Shown: piece by piece, positions 50,764-61,159 of the stretch | How the letters are laid out: each line of letters opens with the position of its first letter | Numbering within the stretch: position 1 is the first letter of the stretch | Source: an uncultured Rhodospirillaceae bacterium | GTDB taxonomy: Bacteria; Pseudomonadota; Alphaproteobacteria; MPNO01; UBA830 | Reading direction: 5' to 3' | Assembly (NCBI GenBank): GCA_963974055.1 | Contig: CAXBCP010000009.1 | Span: 74,006 to 138,005 of the forward strand | DNA: 64,000 bases | Notes under the pieces: model-generated | Databases searched by the model: none | Told to the model about the DNA's origin: nothing | Seen by the model: the letters and a program-made list of their open reading frames with translations, nothing else | Position numbers and translations under genes: made by a program

Positions 50764-52233
50764 TTAAGCCCCGATGCCGCCGATCAGCGCGTATTTGATC
50801 TCAAGATAATCCTCAATGCCGTATTTGGACCCTTCGCGGCCGGTGCCGGATTCCTTCATGCCGCCGAACGGTGCGACCTCGGTCGAGATAATCCCCTCGT
50901 TAATGCCGACGATGCCGTATTCCAGGCCTTCCATTACCCGCCAGATACGGCCGATATCGCGGCTGTAGAAATAGGCGGCGAGACCGAATTCGGTATCGTT
51001 CGCCATCTGCAGCGCCTGTTCCTCGGTGTCGAAACGATAGAGCGGCGCGACCGGCCCGAAAGTTTCTTCCTTCGTGACCTTCATGTCGGTATTGACCTCC
51101 GCTAGCACGGTCGGCTGGAAGAACGTGCCGCCGAGATCGTGCCGCGATCCGCCGGAAATGACCTTCGCGCCCTTCGATACGGCGTCCTGGATGTGCTCCT
51201 CGACCTTCTCGACCGCCGCCATATCGATCAGCGGCCCCTGCTCGGTCTCGCCCAGCAGGCCGTCGCCGATCCGCATTTCCTCGACCGCGGCAGCCAGCTT
51301 CTTCGAGAATTCATCGTAGACGCCGTCCTGCACCAGCAGACGGTTGGCGCACACGCAGGTCTGGCCGGTGTTGCGGAACTTGGACGCCATCGCGCCGTCG
51401 ACCGCGGCGTCGATATCGGCGTCGTTGAACACGATGAAGGGCGCATTGCCGCCAAGCTCCATCGATGTCTTCTTGACGGTGCCGGCGCATTGTTCCATCA
51501 GCAGCTTGCCGATTTCGGTCGACCCGGTGAAGGTCAGCTTGCGCACGGTCGGGTTCGACGTCATTTCGCCGCCGATCGCCCCGGACGATCCCGTCACGAC
51601 GCTGAACACGCCGGCCGGAATACCGGCGCGTTCGCCAAGCTCGGCCAGGGCCAGCGCCGAATAGGGCGTCGCCGTCGCGGGTTTGACGACCATCGTACAG
51701 CCTGCCGCCAGGGCCGGGCCCGCCTTGCGGGTGATCATCGCCGACGGGAAGTTCCACGGGGTGATCGCAGCGCAGACCCCGATGGGTTCCTTGGTAACGA
51801 CGATGCGCTTGCCCGGAGCATGCTGCGGAATTGTGTCGCCGTAGATGCGCTTGCCTTCCTCGGCGAACCATTCGATGAACGAGGCCGCATAGACGATCTC
51901 GCCCATGGATTCCTTCAGCGGCTTGCCCTGTTCCGCGGTCATCATCCTGGCGAGGTCTTCCTGGTTTTCCATCATCAGGTCGAACCACTTGCGCAGGATC
52001 GCCGCGCGTTCCTTGCCGGTCTTTGCCCGCCACGCCGGATAGGCGGCATTTGCCGCCTCGATCGCCTGGCGGGTTTCGTCGGCGCCCATCTTCGGAATCG
52101 TCCCGAGCAGTTCGCCGGAAGCCGGGTTCGACACATCGATGGTCTGATTCGAATCCGCGCCGACCCATTTCCCGTTGATGTAACAGGCTTCCCGGAAAAG
52201 CGTCGGGTCTTTCAGTTCAAGCAATGCAGCCAT
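50764..52233 (-). CDS. gabD: NAD(P)-dependent succinate-semialdehyde dehydrogenase
   Basis: 489 aa aldehyde dehydrogenase with catalytic Cys in the TGQTCVCANR region and Glu in MELGGNAP. Confidence 0.75.
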   Translation of the reverse strand: MAALLELKDPTLFREACYINGKWVGADSNQTIDVSNPASGELLGTIPKMGADETRQAIEAANAAYPAWRAKTGKERAAILRKWFDLMMENQEDLARMMTAEQGKPLKESMGEIVYAASFIEWFAEEGKRIYGDTIPQHAPGKRIVVTKEPIGVCAAITPWNFPSAMITRKAGPALAAGCTMVVKPATATPYSALALAELGERAGIPAGVFSVVTGSSGAIGGEMTSNPTVRKLTFTGSTEIGKLLMEQCAGTVKKTSMELGGNAPFIVFNDADIDAAVDGAMASKFRNTGQTCVCANRLLVQDGVYDEFSKKLAAAVEEMRIGDGLLGETEQGPLIDMAAVEKVEEHIQDAVSKGAKVISGGSRHDLGGTFFQPTVLAEVNTDMKVTKEETFGPVAPLYRFDTEEQALQMANDTEFGLAAYFYSRDIGRIWRVMEGLEYGIVGINEGIISTEVAPFGGMKESGTGREGSKYGIEDYLEIKYALIGGIGA

Positions 52234-52338
52234 GTGTCATTCTCCCTATTGCCGGCCACGGACCGGATGCCGTCGTGTAAATTAGGTCGTTGTTGGCGCG
52301 AGTATACCCGCGCCGCGGGAACGAGTCAGCCGCCCGGC

Positions 52339-54162
52339 CTATTCCACCGTTACCGATTTCGCCAGGTTCCGCGGCTGATCGACGTCGGTGCCCTTCAGCA
52401 CGGCGACATGATAGGCCAGCAGCTGGATCGGGATCGTATAGAGGATCGGCGCCACGAACGGATCCACGGTCGGCAGTTCAATCGTCGCCGCCGCCATATT
52501 GCCGAGCTTTTCGATCCCGGCGGCGTCCGACAGGAATATGACCCGCCCGCCGCGGGCGACGACTTCCTGCATGTTCGACGCCGTCTTGTCGAACAGCTCG
52601 TCCGACGGCGCAATCACGATGACCGGCACGTGCTCGTCGATCAGGGCGATGGGGCCGTGTTTCATTTCGCCCGCCGCGTAGCCTTCGGCGTGGATGTAGG
52701 AAATTTCCTTCAGCTTCAGCGCGCCTTCCAGCGCGATGGGATAGCCCGTGCCGCGCCCCAGATACAGAACGTCGCGGGCAACCGCCACCTCATGCGCCAG
52801 CTTTTCGATTGCCCCGTCGTGATTGAGCACTTCGTTGATACGCGACGGCACCTCGGTCAGCGCATGGCAGAGCGCGGCTTCCTTTTCGCGACTGATCTTG
52901 CCGCGCGCCGCCGCCATACCGATGGCGAAACAGGCCAGCGTCGTCAGCTGGGTGGTAAACGCCTTCGTCGAGGCGACGCCGATTTCGGGGCCCGCCTGGG
53001 TCCGGAGCACGGCGTCGGATTCGCGGGCCATTGAGCTTTCGGTCACGTTCACGACCGATACGATGTGCTGGCCCTGCGCCCTGGCATAGCGCAGCGCCGC
53101 CAGGGTGTCCGCGGTTTCGCCCGACTGGGAAATGAACAGCGACATGCCGCCCTGCTGCATTTCGATCGTCCGGTACCGGAATTCGGAGGCGATATCGATA
53201 TCCGTCGGCACGCCGGCCACGGTTTCGAACCAGTACCGGGCAACCAGCCCGGCATGAAACGACGTGCCGCAGGCCACGATCGTTATGCGCGGGATCTTCG
53301 TCAGGTCGAACGGCATTTCCGGCAGGGTGATGACTTCGTTCCACGGATTCAGGATCGACTGAAGGGTGTCGCCGACGACGGCGGGCTGCTCATAGATTTC
53401 CTTGAGCATGAAATGCGGGAAATTGCCCTTGCCGATCATCGCGCCGGATGTCGCCGTCTGCTGGACCGCGCGCTCGACGACGGCGTCGGTCTCGTCGTGG
53501 ACGACAGCGCCGTCGGCCGTGATTTCCGCCCAGTCGCCTTCTTCCAGATAGCAGATCTGCTGGGTCAGCGGCGCCAGCGCCAGCGCGTCCGAACCGATAT
53601 ACATCTCGCCGTCGCCATACCCGATGGCAAGCGGGCTGCCCCGGCGCGCGGCAATCATCAGGCCGCCATGGCCGGCAAACAGGATCGCCAGCGCGAACGC
53701 CCCTTCAAGACGCTTCAGCGCGGCCGATACGGCTTCTGCCGGGGATTTTCCGTCCTTCAGGTAGCTGCTGATCAGGTGAACGACGGCCTCGGTATCGGTC
53801 TCGGTCTCGAAGGTGTGGCCGTCGGCGCCCAGTTCCTGCCGCAGTTCCTGGAAATTTTCGATAATGCCGTTATGGACCAGCACCACCCGGTCGTCGGCGT
53901 GGGGATGGGCGTTGGTTTCGGTCGGCGAACCATGGGTCGCCCAGCGCGTATGCCCGATTCCGATCGTGCCCGGCAGGGGCTGCCCCGCGATCAGTTTTTC
54001 GAGATTCGCGATCTTGCCCTCGGCCCGGCGGCGTTCGATACCGCCGTCGACCAGGGTGGCGATTCCCGCGGAATCATAGCCGCGGTATTCGAGCCGCTTG
54101 AGGCCGTCCAGCAAAAGCGGCGCCGCGTCCGCCTTGCCTATGATCCCGATAATTCCGCACAT
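52339..54162 (-). CDS. glmS: glutamine--fructose-6-phosphate aminotransferase
   Basis: 607 aa beginning with MCGIIGI (Ntn catalytic Cys) and containing two SIS domains. Confidence 0.9.
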   Translation of the reverse strand: MCGIIGIIGKADAAPLLLDGLKRLEYRGYDSAGIATLVDGGIERRRAEGKIANLEKLIAGQPLPGTIGIGHTRWATHGSPTETNAHPHADDRVVLVHNGIIENFQELRQELGADGHTFETETDTEAVVHLISSYLKDGKSPAEAVSAALKRLEGAFALAILFAGHGGLMIAARRGSPLAIGYGDGEMYIGSDALALAPLTQQICYLEEGDWAEITADGAVVHDETDAVVERAVQQTATSGAMIGKGNFPHFMLKEIYEQPAVVGDTLQSILNPWNEVITLPEMPFDLTKIPRITIVACGTSFHAGLVARYWFETVAGVPTDIDIASEFRYRTIEMQQGGMSLFISQSGETADTLAALRYARAQGQHIVSVVNVTESSMARESDAVLRTQAGPEIGVASTKAFTTQLTTLACFAIGMAAARGKISREKEAALCHALTEVPSRINEVLNHDGAIEKLAHEVAVARDVLYLGRGTGYPIALEGALKLKEISYIHAEGYAAGEMKHGPIALIDEHVPVIVIAPSDELFDKTASNMQEVVARGGRVIFLSDAAGIEKLGNMAAATIELPTVDPFVAPILYTIPIQLLAYHVAVLKGTDVDQPRNLAKSVTVE

Positions 54163-54192
54163 ATGATCCTGTCCGTTCTACGCCGATGACTG

Positions 54193-55560
54193 CTATTTCT
54201 TTTTCGCTGCGGACGCGTCTTTTTCCGCTTTCCGTTTTTTGCGGAACGTGGCCGCCCAGCCGCCGATACTTTTCTGCCGGCCGCGCCCGACCGCCAGGGC
54301 ATCCGCGTCCACCTCGGTGGTGATTACCGATCCGGCACCGACAATCGCGCCGTCGCCGATCTTCACGGGTGCCACCAGTGCCGAATTGGAGCCGATAAAC
54401 GCGTCGGCGCCGATATCGGTCAGGTCCTTGAAGAACCCGTCGTAATTGCACGTAATCGTGCCGGCCCCGATATTGGCGCGCGGACCGATCCGTGCATCGC
54501 CGATATAGCTGAGATGATTGACCTTGGCGCCCCGCTCGACCAGCGCCGCCTTGATTTCGACGAAGTTGCCGACATGGACGTCGTTTTCCAGCTTCGCCCC
54601 CGGCCGCAGGCGCGCAAACGGCCCGATGACCGCCCCCGATGCGACTTCCGCATTGTCGATATGACAGAACGCGCGAATTTCCACATGGTCGGCCACCGTC
54701 ACGCCGGTCCCGAAAAAGACATTGGGGCCGATCACGACATCGCGGCCGAGCTTGGTGTCCGCCGACAGCCAGACGGTATCCGGGTCGGTCATGGTCACCC
54801 CGCCCGCCATGGCGCGGTCGCGCAGGCGCGCCTGCATGGCGGCTTCCGCCTCGGCGAGCTGGGCGCGGCTGTTCACGCCCATGACCTCGACCGGGTCGCC
54901 CGCCTCGACCACCGCGCAGCGCAAATCCCGGGCGCGCGCCAGTTCGACGATATCGGTCAGATAGTATTCGCCCTTCGAATTATCGTTTCCGACCGCGTCG
55001 AGCAACGGGAACAGGTGCGCGCCGTCGATCGCCATGATGCCGGCATTGCACAGCCCGATTTCGCGCTGATCGGCGCTGGCGTCGCGGAATTCGACAATCG
55101 ATTCGAGCCCGCCATCGGCAGCCTGGACCAGGCGGCCGTATTCCGCCGGATCGTCGGGACGGAACCCCAGCACCACCACGGCCGGGTTGCCCGCCGACCG
55201 CCGCGCATCCACCATGGCCTGCATGGTTTCGGCCGTCAGCAGCGGCGTATCGCCGAACAGGACGAGCACGTCGCCGTCGAAATCGCCCATGGCGTCGCGG
55301 GCGGCAAGAACCGCATGACCGGTGCCGAGCGCTTCGGTCTGGACCGCGGTATCCGCGGGTGCGACGGCTTCGACGACCTGCGTCATGCCGGGCGCGACGA
55401 CAACGACGGTCCTGGTCGCCGAAATCGCCGACAGCGCATCGAGAAGGTGGGAAATCATCGGCCGGTTGGCGACCGGATGCAGGACCTTGGGCAGGTCCGA
55501 TTTCATCCGCGTTCCCATTCCAGCAGCAAGTACGATTGCAGCGCAAGCGCCCGTGGTCAT
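54193..55560 (-). CDS. glmU: bifunctional UDP-N-acetylglucosamine pyrophosphorylase / glucosamine-1-phosphate N-acetyltransferase
   Basis: The start at MTTGACAAIVLAAGMGTRMKS is internal to the listed ORF. It has C-terminal left-handed beta-helix hexapeptide repeats. Confidence 0.85.
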   Translation of the reverse strand: MTTGACAAIVLAAGMGTRMKSDLPKVLHPVANRPMISHLLDALSAISATRTVVVVAPGMTQVVEAVAPADTAVQTEALGTGHAVLAARDAMGDFDGDVLVLFGDTPLLTAETMQAMVDARRSAGNPAVVVLGFRPDDPAEYGRLVQAADGGLESIVEFRDASADQREIGLCNAGIMAIDGAHLFPLLDAVGNDNSKGEYYLTDIVELARARDLRCAVVEAGDPVEVMGVNSRAQLAEAEAAMQARLRDRAMAGGVTMTDPDTVWLSADTKLGRDVVIGPNVFFGTGVTVADHVEIRAFCHIDNAEVASGAVIGPFARLRPGAKLENDVHVGNFVEIKAALVERGAKVNHLSYIGDARIGPRANIGAGTITCNYDGFFKDLTDIGADAFIGSNSALVAPVKIGDGAIVGAGSVITTEVDADALAVGRGRQKSIGGWAATFRKKRKAEKDASAAKKK

Positions 55561-55737
55561 TACCCGGAAAACCCGTTCAGTTTCAAACACCAACGGACGC
55601 GAATAAAAGACCCGCACCACCCTGCCCGTCGGCCGGAACTTGCCACAAACGGGCCGCCGACGCCAAGGGGAATGACACGCCAGGCGGTATCGGCGAACGC
55701 AGCCTGTCCGCCGGGCCTGCGGGCCGGGCGGCGGCGC

Positions 55738-56652
55738 TTATTGTCCCAGTTTGATCCGGTCGCCGCCGGACTGGTATTCCGCGGCGCTGAGATGGGCGAT
55801 CAGAGCCCCGAAGGGCGTATCCAGGGTCAGGCGGACCGGGACCGGCGGCACCTCGGCGAAGGCCTTGCCCATCCACACCCGGGCGCTGCGGTCCTTGTCG
55901 TTCCAGCCGGATTCGTCGTTTTTCTTGAATCCCGCCTTTTTGCGGATCGACACGAGGCAGTTCACCGTCTCGCCGACAAAGGGGGTATATCCGTTCGGGC
56001 GCAGTTTCTCGCCGCCGTCGGGCCGGGTGACCAGGTCGTAGCGGCGGCGGCCGTCGAACACCGGGATTTCCGCCCGGCAGGGCTTGTTGCCGTCCATCCT
56101 GCGGATAATCGACACGATCGCACTGGCAAGATCGACCACGCCGGTCCGCATGGTCTCCGGCACGCGGTCGCGGTCGTCGCTTTCGGGCTTCGGCGCGATC
56201 CGGTCGATTCTCGCGATGCCGTCGCTGAACTTCAGATCGATAAACCGGTCGCGGCCGCGCCAGTTATTGCGCTGTCCGGCGGATACCGGCATCACGCCGG
56301 CGCTGACGATCGCCCCGCGGGAATAGGCTTCCATCCACCACGGAAACATCCGCCCGACGAGGCCGGTCGTGCTGACCTTTGCCGCGATATCGTAATTCCG
56401 CGCGGCGAGATCCAGGTCGATTTTCAGGGCGCCGACCTGAAACCCGCCGACATACACCTTGTAGGACAGGTCCACGTCCCCCGCTCCGGAACCCGAACCG
56501 GCCCCGGTTTTCGCCACGGCGGCGGCCTCGGCGCCGGGCGCGGTATCCGCCAGCGCGGGAGATGCAAACAGAACCGAAAGAAAAAGGGCCGGCGAGAACC
56601 GGAACGCGCGCCGCCAGCCGGGCGACCGCTTCGACAGGACAGATTTCATCAC
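55738..56652 (-). CDS. DUF3108 domain protein
   Basis: 304 aa with a signal peptide. Its neighbourhood downstream of glmU/glmS is conserved in alphaproteobacteria. Confidence 0.55.
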   Translation of the reverse strand: MMKSVLSKRSPGWRRAFRFSPALFLSVLFASPALADTAPGAEAAAVAKTGAGSGSGAGDVDLSYKVYVGGFQVGALKIDLDLAARNYDIAAKVSTTGLVGRMFPWWMEAYSRGAIVSAGVMPVSAGQRNNWRGRDRFIDLKFSDGIARIDRIAPKPESDDRDRVPETMRTGVVDLASAIVSIIRRMDGNKPCRAEIPVFDGRRRYDLVTRPDGGEKLRPNGYTPFVGETVNCLVSIRKKAGFKKNDESGWNDKDRSARVWMGKAFAEVPPVPVRLTLDTPFGALIAHLSAAEYQSGGDRIKLGQ

Positions 56653-56793
56653 AGCACCTCTTCAGCAGGTATGGTTCCGCCAGTATACGCGATTACGCGC
56701 TACTCCTAGATGCTCTTCACGACCGGCGTTGACAAGAACCGTCGGGCGGATTTATATGCGCGGCCCCGGATGACGAGATCCTGTCGGGGTCCC

Positions 56794-56868
56794 GGGCGCG
56801 TAGCTCAGCGGGAGAGCACTCGCCTCACACGCGAGGGGTCGCTGGTTCAATCCCAGCCGCGCCCACCA
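56794..56868 (+). tRNA. tRNA-Val (anticodon CAC)
   Basis: GGGCGCGTAGCTCAGCGGGAGAGCACTCGCCTCACACGCGAGGGGTCGCTGGTTCAATCCCAGCCGCGCCCACCA. The 7-bp acceptor stem GGGCGCG/CGCGCCC pairs, the D-loop AGCTCAGCGGGAGAGC and the T-loop GGTTCAATCC are present, and the anticodon loop is CUCACAC. The 3' CCA is encoded. Confidence 0.85.
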
Positions 56869-57144
56869 TTTTTGCCGAACCGTGGCCGAAGGCCGCGTAA
56901 GTCGCCAAAAATCCCCCGGAGGGATTTCCTCACATTTGTGTAGCCGTTGGTGACAGGGGCTTTCGCACCAGCCGACCCACCAGGCAGTCGAAGACGGCTG
57001 ACCGTTAGTGCAGCGTTTCGCCGTAATTATGGCGTTGTACCGCTCTCCGGCGGCCGCGTTCCCGGCGGTTGCGGCTTGGTTGTCCCGCGAATGCCCGCGT
57101 GACTGTTCCGTCGCCGCGCTCAAGCAGATCGCCGATGGGGCTAT

Positions 57145-57948
57145 CTACTCGGCACCGACACGCCCACGGCGGCGCATCGTGCCGAACGCCATAAGGGCCG
57201 CGCCGAAAAGCGCCAGCGACATCGGCTCGGGGACGGCAGAGATAATGGTGTTGCCGGCAATGGTCACGCCATCGATCGCCATCCCCGTATCGTAGAAGGT
57301 GTCGCTCCAGTTCGTCACGCCGAACAGCAGCGAATAGGTGCCGGAAGCAGCGATGGTGTAAGTGGACTCGATCCATCCGGTATAACCGCAACCGGCACTG
57401 TAGCACGAGCCGGAATCGCTGCCGAGTACGGACCACGTCGGGCCGCCGCCGATGATTCCGCTGGTGGCAGGCGTGAGGGTCGAATCGTTGGCCGGAAGAC
57501 CGAAACCCGGCGACGTGTTGCCGCTGGGCTGGGTGCGGGCGGTGAAGAGAGTAGCGGCAACGTTGCTGCCGGCGTCAAGCAACTGCGCGAAGCCGTAATC
57601 CGCATAGCCGGATCCGTCCGAGGTGACGTAGTTGAAGTAGAACTTCAGTTGATCGCCGGCGGTCGCCGTAAAGACCGGCGTCGTCAGCTGCGAGCCGTCC
57701 GTGCCGCCGATGCCGGAAATCTGTCCGGCGCCTGCGACACCGCCTTCGGTGGAAATATACAGGTAGGACGAATTGCCGAGCGGCGAAAGCGTCACGACGC
57801 CGTCCGCCCCGTTCGTGCCGCAATCGCCGACGCAGGTTGCGCCAGCCGGTACCGGTCCCGCCTGGACCTTGGCAGCACCAAAAGCCACCGTCGCCGCGAA
57901 TGCGACTGCGGCAACCATACGAACCAGTTTTTCCATTCTTGTTTCCAT
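57145..57948 (-). CDS. PEP-CTERM sorting-domain secreted protein (Gly/Ser/Thr-rich)
   Basis: 267 aa with a signal peptide. The C-terminal VPEPMSLALFGAALMAFGTMRRR matches the PEP-CTERM anchor (PEP motif, transmembrane helix, basic tail). Confidence 0.7.
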   Translation of the reverse strand: METRMEKLVRMVAAVAFAATVAFGAAKVQAGPVPAGATCVGDCGTNGADGVVTLSPLGNSSYLYISTEGGVAGAGQISGIGGTDGSQLTTPVFTATAGDQLKFYFNYVTSDGSGYADYGFAQLLDAGSNVAATLFTARTQPSGNTSPGFGLPANDSTLTPATSGIIGGGPTWSVLGSDSGSCYSAGCGYTGWIESTYTIAASGTYSLLFGVTNWSDTFYDTGMAIDGVTIAGNTIISAVPEPMSLALFGAALMAFGTMRRRGRVGAE

Positions 57949-58398
57949 CTCACTCCACCTATTCTGCGACAGTGTTCAGTTAACCGACACTTTCCGGGCA
58001 GCCATTCGAAGACAACTGCCACGAGAGGTTATGCAAATTTCATGCCAACCCCGGAGGTCAAAACGAAAAACCCAAAAAATCAATAGCTTGCTATTGAAAA
58101 ACACGGGAACACCCTTCGATTGTGTAAAAAATCCCGACATATTTCGGTCTTTTTCGACGGTAAGGTGTAAAATCTTCGACACCGCATCGCGTCCTGAAAC
58201 CGGGAACGCGCAATTAAATGCGACATGCCCCCGACGGGCCCGGCGATGCCGGACGGGAGACGGACTTGAACGCTCTGTCCCGTCGCCCCCTCCCATGAGT
58301 CTGCCGGCGGCCTTTGCCGCGGCCGTACCCGCCATATTTCCCAACGCATTTCGCAGGCGTGCTAGACTTGCCCGAATTCAAACTCTGACGGACGTTTT

Positions 58399-59268
58399 AT
58401 GACCACAAACAATTCCGACGGAAATGCCAGCCTGGCGCTGTTCTGCGATTTCGAGAACGTCGCCCTGGGGGTGCGGGACGCGAAATATCCTAAATTCGAT
58501 ATCGCGCTGGTGCTCGAGCGGCTTCTGGTCAAGGGCAGCATCGTCGCCAAGAAGGCCTATTGCGACTGGGACCGCTACAAGGACTTCAAGGCCGTGATGC
58601 ACGACGCCGCCTTCGAGCTGATCGAGATCCCCCATACCCGCCAGTCGGGCAAGAATTCCGCCGATATTCACATGGTCGTCGATGCGCTCGATCTTTGCTA
58701 CACGAAGGAACATATCGATACCTTCGTGATCATCAGCGGCGATTCCGACTTTTCGCCGCTGGTCAGCAAACTGCGCGAGAATGCGAAGACCGTCATCGGC
58801 GTCGGGGTCAAGAACAGCACGTCGGACCTGCTGATGAACAACTGCGACGAGTTCATCTTCTACGACGACCTGGTGCGCGCCAGCGACACGACCAAGTCGC
58901 GCAAGCGCGGCGGTACGAAAAAACCCGCCGGCGAGGCGAAAACGCCGCAAAAGGCCGAGACGTCCAGAACATCCGCAAAGGCGCCCGCCGACGACAAAAA
59001 CGGCGGCAGCGAGGACGAAGCCATAGAACTGGTCATGGAAACCGCCGAAGCGCTGTCCGCCGAGCGCGGCGATCCGATCTGGGGCTCGATGGTGAAACAG
59101 ACGCTCAAACGCCGCCGCCCCGGTTTCAGCGAGAGCTATTACGGCTTCCGCGCCTTCGCCGACCTTCTCGAGGAAGCCGAAGACCGGGGCCTGCTCAACC
59201 TCGAACTGGATGAACGGTCCGGCGGCTACCTGATCCGGATCGGCAAACCCGCGGTCGACAAAGACTGA
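58399..59268 (+). CDS. NYN (LabA-like/PIN-like) domain protein with C-terminal OST-HTH/LOTUS domain
   Basis: 289 aa. The N-terminal LALFCDFENV...VISGDSDFSPLV block is typical of NYN. A basic linker is followed by a C-terminal ~70 aa segment resembling OST-HTH. Confidence 0.6.
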   Translation: MTTNNSDGNASLALFCDFENVALGVRDAKYPKFDIALVLERLLVKGSIVAKKAYCDWDRYKDFKAVMHDAAFELIEIPHTRQSGKNSADIHMVVDALDLCYTKEHIDTFVIISGDSDFSPLVSKLRENAKTVIGVGVKNSTSDLLMNNCDEFIFYDDLVRASDTTKSRKRGGTKKPAGEAKTPQKAETSRTSAKAPADDKNGGSEDEAIELVMETAEALSAERGDPIWGSMVKQTLKRRRPGFSESYYGFRAFADLLEEAEDRGLLNLELDERSGGYLIRIGKPAVDKD

Positions 59269-59428
59269 TCCGTATAAAGACTGACCTTTACCCGGTGGCG
59301 CGCAGGCCCGGACCGGGACACCTCAAACCGGGAAGAGAAACGGCCGGCTGAAGGCAACCGGCCGGCACGCGCCAGACCGCCGGTTTACCGGTACCGGGGG
59401 CGACGCCCCTTCGCCCCCGGACATGTTT

Positions 59429-60496
59429 TCAGGACGGTACCCTGTCGAGCGATTCGGCAAGCGCGCGCCAGACCGGGTTTTCGGACTTGTTCTCGCCGCG
59501 TTCGCCGAACATCAGCGCGATCTGCTGATTGTCCTCGTTGAATATCTCCATCGAGGTGACGATCCCGTTTTTGGTCGGTTTGCGCACCACCCAGGCCGAC
59601 GCGATATCGGCGTCCCTGAGATGAAGGTTGAAGCGCGGGTCAAGGACGTTGAACCACTCGCTCACCCGCCGCACGGTTTCGATCGGCCCCGTATGAACCT
59701 GAATGACACCGGGACTGGCGACGAAGACCATGATCGACAGCGACGTGGCCGCGGCTTCTTCGAGCGCACGGACGAACGACCCCGTATCGACGCGCCAGGC
59801 CAGGTCTTCGCCCACCAGCCGCATTGCCTGGACCCGGCCGACCTTGTATTTGCGCAACAGGATCATGAAATCGTGCACGTCTTCCAGGGCAAGCCAGGCA
59901 TCGCGCATTTCGGCAACCCGGATATCGGAATCGGGTTTTTCGGCCCGCGCCGCCGGGCGCGGCGTTATCGCCAGCGGCGCCGCCTGTTCGTCGTGAAGAT
60001 AGCGCTGCACCAGCGCCTCGTAGGCGCCGGTATCGGCGTCTTTCGGCAGATAGATTTTATGAATCGCCGCGCCGTCCGTTCCGAAGAACTGAAGGCTGTG
60101 CCGGAGGCCGCTGGCGACTTCCTCGACAACCGCGAAACCGCTGCCCCAGTTGCTCAGCAGCACGCGCAGATCGATTTCGCGGTTCAGCACCAGCCCCATC
60201 GACCGGGCGACGGATATATTGCCGTAGGTTCCGTGCTTTTCATGGACGACGTGTTCGTTCCGGGTCAGCGCCATAACCTCGCCAAGCGACGGCAGGTCCT
60301 GCAGCAGGTCGCCCCACGGCCCGGACAACCGCCGCACGCCCTCGCCGCAGCGGCAGGCCACCAGTTCCGCCTCGGTAACACCGAGACGCGCCGCCGCTTC
60401 CTTTGCCCGCAGACCGGGCTCGGTGCCTTTCAACGCCTGCCAGCGCGTCTGCAGGTCGGACGGGGATTCCTTTTCCAGTATCGATGTGTCGGCCAT
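59429..60496 (-). CDS. HemS/ChuS/HmuS-family heme utilisation (hemin-degrading) protein
   Basis: The start at MADTSILEKESP is internal to the listed ORF. It is about 355 aa with the two-repeat ChuS-like layout, and hemP lies nearby. Confidence 0.5.
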   Translation of the reverse strand: MADTSILEKESPSDLQTRWQALKGTEPGLRAKEAAARLGVTEAELVACRCGEGVRRLSGPWGDLLQDLPSLGEVMALTRNEHVVHEKHGTYGNISVARSMGLVLNREIDLRVLLSNWGSGFAVVEEVASGLRHSLQFFGTDGAAIHKIYLPKDADTGAYEALVQRYLHDEQAAPLAITPRPAARAEKPDSDIRVAEMRDAWLALEDVHDFMILLRKYKVGRVQAMRLVGEDLAWRVDTGSFVRALEEAAATSLSIMVFVASPGVIQVHTGPIETVRRVSEWFNVLDPRFNLHLRDADIASAWVVRKPTKNGIVTSMEIFNEDNQQIALMFGERGENKSENPVWRALAESLDRVPS

Positions 60497-60964
60497 TTTC
60501 GTCTCCTTCGTGTCTGATATGTTTTTTAAAGGCGATCTTCGGGTTACGCGGGCGACTGCCCCTTCGATTGTCCGGTCCGCGTCACGGGATCCGCTGTGCA
60601 GGTCCGGGCGTGGCGCGCGAACGGGAACGGGCCGGCGGAAATCGACCTGCCGGCGTTTTCGATCTGATCTATGGGTGTTCCGGTCACCGATGCGGAAACC
60701 GGCGAAAGACCAGTCCCCGCGCGGATTCCCAGGGCGCAACCCGGCCCCGTCGGCGCAGATACGGCGGCGACGACAATGACCGCGAGGGCGCAAATTATGC
60801 CGCCGTATATCCGTCTGTATGAAACAGCCGAGTCCGCCATGTTTGGGCCTCCGTCACGTTGCACTGCCTGTGGCTGGCTGCAGTAACCGTGACGGTTTCC
60901 TGGGTGGCTGGCTGAAGGTCTTGTTAGGTTCTCACATATGGGTCCGGGAATAACGCCGGCGCAG

Positions 60965-61159
60965 TCATTTGGTCAGAATGAGCTTTCCCTTGCTGGTCGT
61001 GCGAAGCCGGTAGTGGTCTTGTCCGTGCCGGATCAGGATTTCCGTAGCCCCCCGAAGCAGTTCTTCGCTTTTGAGTTCGCGCAATCCACCGGCCAATGAA
61101 GCGGTCGGATGTTCGGATGCCGGAGCGCCGGCATATGGAGCCTCATTGTTTGCATTCAT
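60965..61159 (-). CDS. hemP: hemin uptake protein HemP
   Basis: 64 aa. The C-terminus ILIRHGQDHYRLRTTSKGKLILTK is the HemP signature. Confidence 0.7.
   Translation of the reverse strand: MNANNEAPYAGAPASEHPTASLAGGLRELKSEELLRGATEILIRHGQDHYRLRTTSKGKLILTK

Noticed and set aside
57949-58398. Small ORFs (for example 58080..58349 -, 57976..58344 -) in the divergent intergenic region between the PEP-CTERM and NYN genes
   Set aside because: They overlap one another, have biased composition and no ribosome-binding context. The region is more plausibly a shared promoter.
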